Positions 26,296 to 32,000 of a stretch of DNA of 32,000 nucleotides are shown here, one piece after another. The position numbers and the translations under genes are program-made. Each line of letters opens with the position of its first letter. Positions within the stretch are counted from its first letter, which is position 1. Under the pieces are notes generated by a model. It searched no databases. It saw only the letters and a list, made by a program, of their open reading frames with translations, and was not told the DNA's origin. Source of the DNA: Candidatus Nanosynbacter lyticus (GTDB taxonomy: Bacteria; Patescibacteriota; Saccharimonadia; Saccharimonadales; Saccharimonadaceae); contig NZ_CP007496.1 of NCBI RefSeq assembly GCF_000803625.1, forward strand, positions 390,001-422,000, given 5' to 3'.

Positions 26296-28338
26296 TTAAT
26301 TCAAAATGGTTAATCGCTGATAGCGACTGACGGCACGCGCCAGATGGTTATATTGTAGCAAATCCTGCCCCTCTTTGACAAAGCGCTCGGCCTCCGTTTG
26401 CGCACGGGCAATCAGCGGTGTGTCGCTCAGCGAGGCAATTTTCAGGTTCAGCACGCCATGTTGCGCTCGGCCGTAGATTTCGCCAGGACCGCGCAGTTTC
26501 AAGTCAACTTCCGCCAAGTAAAAGCCATCTTGGGATTTCTCAATTTCCTTGAGGCGTTGGGATGGTTTATCGTGACCCGACAGCATCAGATGACAAAAGC
26601 TCTGATGCTGGCCGCGCCCAACCCGACCGCGCAGCTGATGGAGCTGGCTGAGTCCAAAGTTGTCAGCATTTTCAATGAGCATGACCGTGGCGTTTGGCAC
26701 ATTAACACCGACCTCCACCACCGTAGTACTCACCAACATGTCAATGTCGCCGTCCGCAAACTGCTGCATGACCGCCGCTTTTTCCTCTGGCGGCAGTTTA
26801 CCGTGTAATAATCCGACGCGGCGATGACGAAACATCGTTTTTGCTAATTTGTGGTATTCCGCCTCGACCGATTTTTTGTCATTGTCAGGATTATCATCAA
26901 TCAATGGGCAAATGACGTAAGCTTGGCGGCCTTGAGCTAGCTCGTGATCAATCGCTTCGTAGAGTTTCGGCGCTGAAGCTGGCGACCAAATTTTCGTTTC
27001 AATCGGCTGACGGCCAGCTGGCAACTCGTCCAAAATCGATATATCCAGTTCACCGTACAACGTCAGCGCCAAGCTCCGCGGGATCGGCGTAGCAGTCATG
27101 CTGAGGAGATGCGGCATGTAGTCCGCTTTTTGTAGCAACGCCTGCCGCTGCTTGACGCCAAATCGATGCTGCTCGTCAATCACCACAAAACCGAGCTTAT
27201 GGTACGCCACTTTTTCCTGAATCAGCGCGTGCGTACCAACCACCACGTCAATGTCACCATTTGCTAAATTGTCCAGCAGTTGCCGCCGCGGAGTACCCTT
27301 GACGTGCCCTGTCAGCAGCGCCACCGACACGCCAAACGGCGATAACAGCTCATCGAGCGTTTTGGCGTGCTGAGTCGCCAAAATCTCCGTCGGCGCCATG
27401 ATGGCCGTCTGAAAACCAGCCTGTGCCACTTCCGCCGCCACCAACCCAGCGACCACCGTTTTGCCCGAGCCAACGTCACCCTGCAGTAAGCGATTCATCG
27501 GATGTTCGGACTCCAGATCTTGCAAAATCTGCCAGGCGGCGCGGCGCTGCGCATTGGTCAAGGGAAACGGCAGCTGCTCGACAAATTGCTTGACGACCGG
27601 CTGATTGAACGGGATGCGCCAGCCGGTCAATTTGGTTTGTTCTTGCTTATTCAGCTGCGCCGCCAAAATCATTTCAAACAATTCTTCAAACGCCAAGCGC
27701 TCACGTCCGCGGGCAATTTCCTCATGATTGTTTGGTGTGTGAAGGAACCTGATGGCTTCAGCGCGGCTGACTAGTTTTTGTCGCTGGACAATGTGTTCTG
27801 GTAGCGTCTCGGGCAAAAAATCCATGATGGGGCGTAGGTTTTTCAACAAATCCTGCACGGTTTTCGGGCGAAGGTTTTTGATGGATTTGTAGACCGGATG
27901 AATGCCCGATGTGCGTTGGGCGTCGGATGTATCGGTTTGCTTGGCCAGCTCGACAGATGGATTACTAATTTGATAGCTGTTATATTGCATGCCGAACTGG
28001 CCGGAGAACATAAACTCGGCGTCCGACTTTAGCTGGGATTCGCGGTATGGTTGATTGAACCAAACGGCCGTGACCTTGCCAGAATCATCCGCCAGTACCG
28101 CCGTGGTAATCCTCAGGCCTCGGCGCACAATCCGCGTGGAAATCGACTCGCAGTGCGCCCGCACCGTCACTTTACCCGGCTGAAGATCGGCGATGCTGAC
28201 CGCCGCCGAATAATCATCATACGCCCTCGGCAAAAAATCCAAGGCGTCCGCCACCGTCTCCAGACCCGCCGCCGCCAGCGCTTGGGCGGTTTTGGGGCCG
28301 ACGCCTTTGATGTGTTCCAGTGGGGTTGTCAGTTTCAT
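26296..28338 (-). CDS. recG: ATP-dependent DNA helicase RecG
   Basis: NRLLQGDVGSGKTVVAGL, MAPTEILATQHA, VVIDEQHRFGVKQRQ, MTATPIPRSLALTLYGE, QLHQLRGRVGRG. Confidence 0.97.
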   Translation of the reverse strand: MKLTTPLEHIKGVGPKTAQALAAAGLETVADALDFLPRAYDDYSAAVSIADLQPGKVTVRAHCESISTRIVRRGLRITTAVLADDSGKVTAVWFNQPYRESQLKSDAEFMFSGQFGMQYNSYQISNPSVELAKQTDTSDAQRTSGIHPVYKSIKNLRPKTVQDLLKNLRPIMDFLPETLPEHIVQRQKLVSRAEAIRFLHTPNNHEEIARGRERLAFEELFEMILAAQLNKQEQTKLTGWRIPFNQPVVKQFVEQLPFPLTNAQRRAAWQILQDLESEHPMNRLLQGDVGSGKTVVAGLVAAEVAQAGFQTAIMAPTEILATQHAKTLDELLSPFGVSVALLTGHVKGTPRRQLLDNLANGDIDVVVGTHALIQEKVAYHKLGFVVIDEQHRFGVKQRQALLQKADYMPHLLSMTATPIPRSLALTLYGELDISILDELPAGRQPIETKIWSPASAPKLYEAIDHELAQGRQAYVICPLIDDNPDNDKKSVEAEYHKLAKTMFRHRRVGLLHGKLPPEEKAAVMQQFADGDIDMLVSTTVVEVGVNVPNATVMLIENADNFGLSQLHQLRGRVGRGQHQSFCHLMLSGHDKPSQRLKEIEKSQDGFYLAEVDLKLRGPGEIYGRAQHGVLNLKIASLSDTPLIARAQTEAERFVKEGQDLLQYNHLARAVSRYQRLTILN

Positions 28339-29094
28339 CTACGAAACAGCGTTGATGCCTTCCAGCGCGTAGGCAGTATCTTCCCAGCCTCTAACCTCAA
28401 TTGAATCAACTCCCATTTGTTTGACCGGAAAATCATTGCCGCCCTCTTGTAATTTATCGCCAAAGAATAACGCATCTTCCTTTGACCAGCCGTTCAACTC
28501 AAGCAGCTTACCAATACCATAGGCCTTATCAATTCCTGGCAGCGTAATATCAGTGCTGGTCGTACCGCCAATCCTCACCTCAAGACCAGGCAATTTCTCT
28601 GCCACTTTATCGCGATACACCGGGCGAATATCTTTATACTTTTCCGCCCAGGCATACTTATCTTCTGGCGACGCCTGCTGACCCAGCGCCGACATGGTAA
28701 TCTGGCTGTGGCGATCCTCAATAATTTCACCCGCAGGATTATCACACCAAATACCCATCTCCCTGGCAACTTCTTCCAGCGCCGTAGTTATTTGAGTTTT
28801 TTGCTCATCAGATAAATCGTTCGCATATTGAATCTTCCATTCATTATCGGCAGCATCAAATCGATAATACCTAGTGCCGCAAGTCGGCATTGCATGAAAT
28901 CTTTGGAGCAATTCAGGCTGAACATTAAGCCGATCAATCACCTGCTTTTTAATCTGCTGGAATGTGCCGCCGGTAATGACGCACACATCGTATTTTTCAA
29001 GCAACCGGCTAAGAATGCCAGCCATGCGATCACTGATTGGCGACTTGGTAATAGCTAGCGTGTCGTCCAGATCAAACCCGATAATTTTTTTCAC
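28339..29094 (-). CDS. HAD-superfamily (Cof/phosphomannomutase-like) hydrolase
   Basis: IIGFDLDDTLAITKSPIS, CVITGGTF, GIDKAYGIGKLLE, ALFFGDKLQEGGND. Confidence 0.85.
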   Translation of the reverse strand: MKKIIGFDLDDTLAITKSPISDRMAGILSRLLEKYDVCVITGGTFQQIKKQVIDRLNVQPELLQRFHAMPTCGTRYYRFDAADNEWKIQYANDLSDEQKTQITTALEEVAREMGIWCDNPAGEIIEDRHSQITMSALGQQASPEDKYAWAEKYKDIRPVYRDKVAEKLPGLEVRIGGTTSTDITLPGIDKAYGIGKLLELNGWSKEDALFFGDKLQEGGNDFPVKQMGVDSIEVRGWEDTAYALEGINAVS

Positions 29095-30311
29095 TCTTCT
29101 CCCTCCATAATTAACACAAATGTATTTTTACCTTTTTTCAGTAGCGACGTAGTGTTGACAGCTTGGTCTTCGGTTATTTTTTCGCCGTTGAGGCTGATAG
29201 CGCCAGATTTTAGCAGGCGTTTTGCTTCGCCATTGGAACTGACCGCACCAGAAATCACCAACGCTTCAATCACACCAACGCCGACATCCACGCGCGGAAT
29301 TTCCTTGGCCAAAGCGTCCAAATCATCATCTGACAATTGGCGAAAATCACCGCCGCCAAACAATACTTCCGTCACCCGCTCCACTGATTCGCGCCGATTA
29401 ACGCCGTGGACGATGTCGGTGACTTCGCGCGCCAAGACTTTTTGCGCTGAGCGCGCACCTGGATTGACGGCGTGATTTTCAGCGATGGCTTCAATGGTAT
29501 CGCGATCAAGCATGGTGAAAATCTTCATGTATTCGATGGCGCTTTCGTCATCAACGTTCAGCCAGAATTGATAGAACTTGTACACGCTGGTTTTGGCTTC
29601 ATCCAGCCACACGGCGCCGCCTTCGGATTTGCCAAATTTGCGGCCAGTTGACTTGTTGATGAGCAGTGGCGCGGTCATGGCGTAGACTTCGGCATTTTCT
29701 TTTTTGCGAATCAATTCCACGCCCGAGAGTAAATTGCCCCATTGATCAGAACCGCCGATTTGCAAATTGACACTGTGATGTTTGAATAAGTGCCAGAAAT
29801 CGTAGCCCTGCAACAAGGTGTAGGTAAATTCAGCAAAACTCAGCCCTTTGCCATTGTCGATGCGTGCCTTGAAAAATTCACGACCGATCAAGTCTGCCAT
29901 GTTGAAATTCTTGCCAATGTCGCGGAGAAACGGTAACAATTCCAAATTGCCCAGCCAATCCGCATTATCCACCAGGGTAAAATCGCGTCCAGCAAATATT
30001 TGCGACACCTGTGTCTTCAAAGCTCGTTTGTTGTGCTCAATTTCCGCATACGACAGAAGACTCCGCTCCTCGGTGTCGCGCATATCGCCAATCATACCAG
30101 TGCCGCCACCAACCAGCAGGAATACTTTGTGACCGCGCTCCAAAAAATGCCGCACCATCATGTAGACCGCCAAGTGCCCTACATGCAGACTATCCGCCGA
30201 CGGATCTGTCCCCAAATAGAGCGTAAAATTCTCCGAATCGATAAGCCTGTCGTCCGTAAATGTGGTCTGATTCCAGAACCCGCGCCATTGTAGTTCTTCT
30301 GATAGTTTCAT
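29091..30311 (-). CDS. tyrS: Tyrosyl-tRNA synthetase
   Basis: LYLGTDPSADSLHVGHLAV, GGGTGMIGDM, QGYDFWHL, QIGGSDQWGNL, KFGKSEGGAVWLD, C-terminal S4 domain. Confidence 0.97.
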   Translation of the reverse strand: MKLSEELQWRGFWNQTTFTDDRLIDSENFTLYLGTDPSADSLHVGHLAVYMMVRHFLERGHKVFLLVGGGTGMIGDMRDTEERSLLSYAEIEHNKRALKTQVSQIFAGRDFTLVDNADWLGNLELLPFLRDIGKNFNMADLIGREFFKARIDNGKGLSFAEFTYTLLQGYDFWHLFKHHSVNLQIGGSDQWGNLLSGVELIRKKENAEVYAMTAPLLINKSTGRKFGKSEGGAVWLDEAKTSVYKFYQFWLNVDDESAIEYMKIFTMLDRDTIEAIAENHAVNPGARSAQKVLAREVTDIVHGVNRRESVERVTEVLFGGGDFRQLSDDDLDALAKEIPRVDVGVGVIEALVISGAVSSNGEAKRLLKSGAISLNGEKITEDQAVNTTSLLKKGKNTFVLIMEGEE

Positions 30312-30384
30312 AGCACTCCTTTTCTTTATATTAGTATAGCAATTTTATAATTGAAGCGAAACATATGCGTGATATAATAGGACT

Positions 30385-32000
30385 GTGAAGAGGAAAACTA
30401 CGATTAACACCGCCGGACACGGCTCAAGTAATAAGAAGTCTCCGTCAAAACGGATGAATTTATATGCTAATTTGGCGCAAAAACATCGAACAAAAAAGGA
30501 CAAAGACGCACGTGAGCGGGCGGAATATTTGGCAACTTTACCAAAACACCCCGTCAAGCGATTCTTCTACCGCCTACACCCAAAACGCCTAGCTAAATAT
30601 TGGTTTTCTAAACGTGGCGGACTGATGGCCTTGAAGATTCTTGGCGTTGGCACCCTATTGGTGCTACTACTTATCGGTGGTATGTTTGCTTATTTCCGTA
30701 AAGATCTTGATAAAATCCGCCCCGGCGAACTGGCTAAACGTGTCCAAACTACCGTTACCAAATATTACGACCGTAATGATAATTTGCTCTGGGAAGATAA
30801 AGGGACAGGAAACTATCAATTGGTCGTCGAAGCCGATCAGATTAGCGACTACTTAAAAAAGGCCACCGTCGCAATTGAGGACCGCGATTTCTATAAGCAT
30901 CACGGCATCAGCATTAGCGGTATAATGCGAGCAATGCTTTCAACCGCTTCACGACGCCAAGTCCAAGGTGGCTCGACTCTGACACAGCAGCTTGTCAAGC
31001 AAGTCTTCTTCGCTGACGAAGCTGGCGACCGTTCAATTAGCGGCGTTCCTCGTAAGATTAAGGAAATCATTCTAGCAATTGAAGTTGAACGCATGTATAG
31101 CAAAGATCAAATCTTATCTCTGTATCTAAACGAATCTCCATACGGCGGTCGACGTAACGGTGCGGAGTCAGCTTCACAAACATACTTCGGTAAGCACGCC
31201 AAAGATTTGACACTGGCAGAGGCAGCGCTGATTGCCAGTATCCCACAAAATCCAACCTACTATAACCCATATAATACCGCTGGGCATAAAGCGCTAATTG
31301 CCCGCCAACACACAACTTTGGATTATATGGCCGAACAAGGTGTCATTTCTAAAGATGAAGCCGAAAAAGCTAAAAAAGTTGATATTCTAAGCACTATCAA
31401 ACCTCAGACAGAACAACTAGAAAACATTAAGGCGCCTCACTTCCTACTAATGGTTCGCAACCAGCTTAGTAAAGAGCTTGGCGAATCGGTCGTTGGACGT
31501 GGCGGACTAACAATTAAAACTACGCTAGATTGGCGTATTCAGGAAAAACTAGAGACAGAAATGAAGTCCTTCTTTGCTACTGGGCGACCAGATTCTGTCA
31601 GAATTAGTAACGGTGCGGCAACCGTTGAAGATGTACAAACTGGACAAATCGTCGCATTAGTTGGTAGTCGCGACTTTAATCATGCCGGCTACGGGCAAGA
31701 TAATGCAGCCACATCTTATATTCAGCCAGGTTCAACCATTAAGTCTCTCGTTTTTGCTCAGCTATTCGAGAAGCATGACAACAAACAGGGCTATGGCAGC
31801 GGCACAGTACTAAGCGACGACAACATCGACAGTCTTTACGGCGCAAAACTACGCAACTGGGACGGAAAATTTATGGGCGCTATAAACATCCGCAAAGCCC
31901 TCTCCTTCTCGCGAAATATTCCAGCGGTCAAGGCAGCTTACATTATCGGTAACGGCTCAGCCAAACCGGTCGTTGAAGGAATTCGCAAGATGGGAAATCA
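30385..32000 (+). CDS. Class A penicillin-binding protein (runs off the window end; not in the ORF track)
   Basis: Manual translation from GTG 30385; KKATVAIEDRDFYKHHGISISGIMRAM, RQVQGGSTLTQQLVKQVF, GSTIKSLVFAQL motifs. Confidence 0.93.
   Translation, partial: MKRKTTINTAGHGSSNKKSPSKRMNLYANLAQKHRTKKDKDARERAEYLATLPKHPVKRFFYRLHPKRLAKYWFSKRGGLMALKILGVGTLLVLLLIGGMFAYFRKDLDKIRPGELAKRVQTTVTKYYDRNDNLLWEDKGTGNYQLVVEADQISDYLKKATVAIEDRDFYKHHGISISGIMRAMLSTASRRQVQGGSTLTQQLVKQVFFADEAGDRSISGVPRKIKEIILAIEVERMYSKDQILSLYLNESPYGGRRNGAESASQTYFGKHAKDLTLAEAALIASIPQNPTYYNPYNTAGHKALIARQHTTLDYMAEQGVISKDEAEKAKKVDILSTIKPQTEQLENIKAPHFLLMVRNQLSKELGESVVGRGGLTIKTTLDWRIQEKLETEMKSFFATGRPDSVRISNGAATVEDVQTGQIVALVGSRDFNHAGYGQDNAATSYIQPGSTIKSLVFAQLFEKHDNKQGYGSGTVLSDDNIDSLYGAKLRNWDGKFMGAINIRKALSFSRNIPAVKAAYIIGNGSAKPVVEGIRKMGN

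Noticed and set aside
1-32000. CRISPR arrays
   Set aside because: No regularly spaced direct repeats of suitable size were noticed anywhere in the window.

Overview
Chromosomal window that looks like a reduced-genome Saccharibacteria (TM7)-type bacterium; this taxonomic call is inference. Core genes supported by sequence: dCTP-deaminase-like (partial), folA, thyA, clpP, tig, hisS, a TrmH/SpoU-family methyltransferase, an FAD-linked oxidase, typA, rarA, an SPFH protein, a GH13 glycosidase, rsmD-like, recG, a HAD phosphatase, tyrS and a class A PBP (partial). tRNAs: Leu(CAG), Leu(UAG), Val(CAC), Gly(CCC), Phe(GAA), Gly(GCC), plus one tRNA-Leu gene split into 5' and 3' halves. Main discoveries: (1) a classical translation-coupled transcription attenuator upstream of hisS. 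It has a 14-aa His-rich leader peptide (MILPKFHHSHVLPR) whose end overlaps a 15-16 bp antiterminator arm that competes with an intrinsic terminator. (2) A ~3.1 kb island splitting a tRNA-Leu gene. It is bounded by a 14-bp direct repeat and repeated TAGACTCC arm-like sites, contains an integrase remnant, and carries an intact tRNA-Leu(UAG) in the opposite orientation. (3) A TasA/camelysin-like secreted protein next to a SipW-like signal peptidase fused to a LamG domain; the fusion carries an internal copy of a substrate-like signal/cleavage region. (4) A recurring architecture with the -10 hexamer exactly 6 nt before the start codon in six cases, implying leaderless mRNAs. (5) A lone 697-aa protein with a possible PD-(D/E)XK-like motif beside a tRNA cluster. 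(6) A small gene with long UTR hairpins and 5'/3' complementarity.
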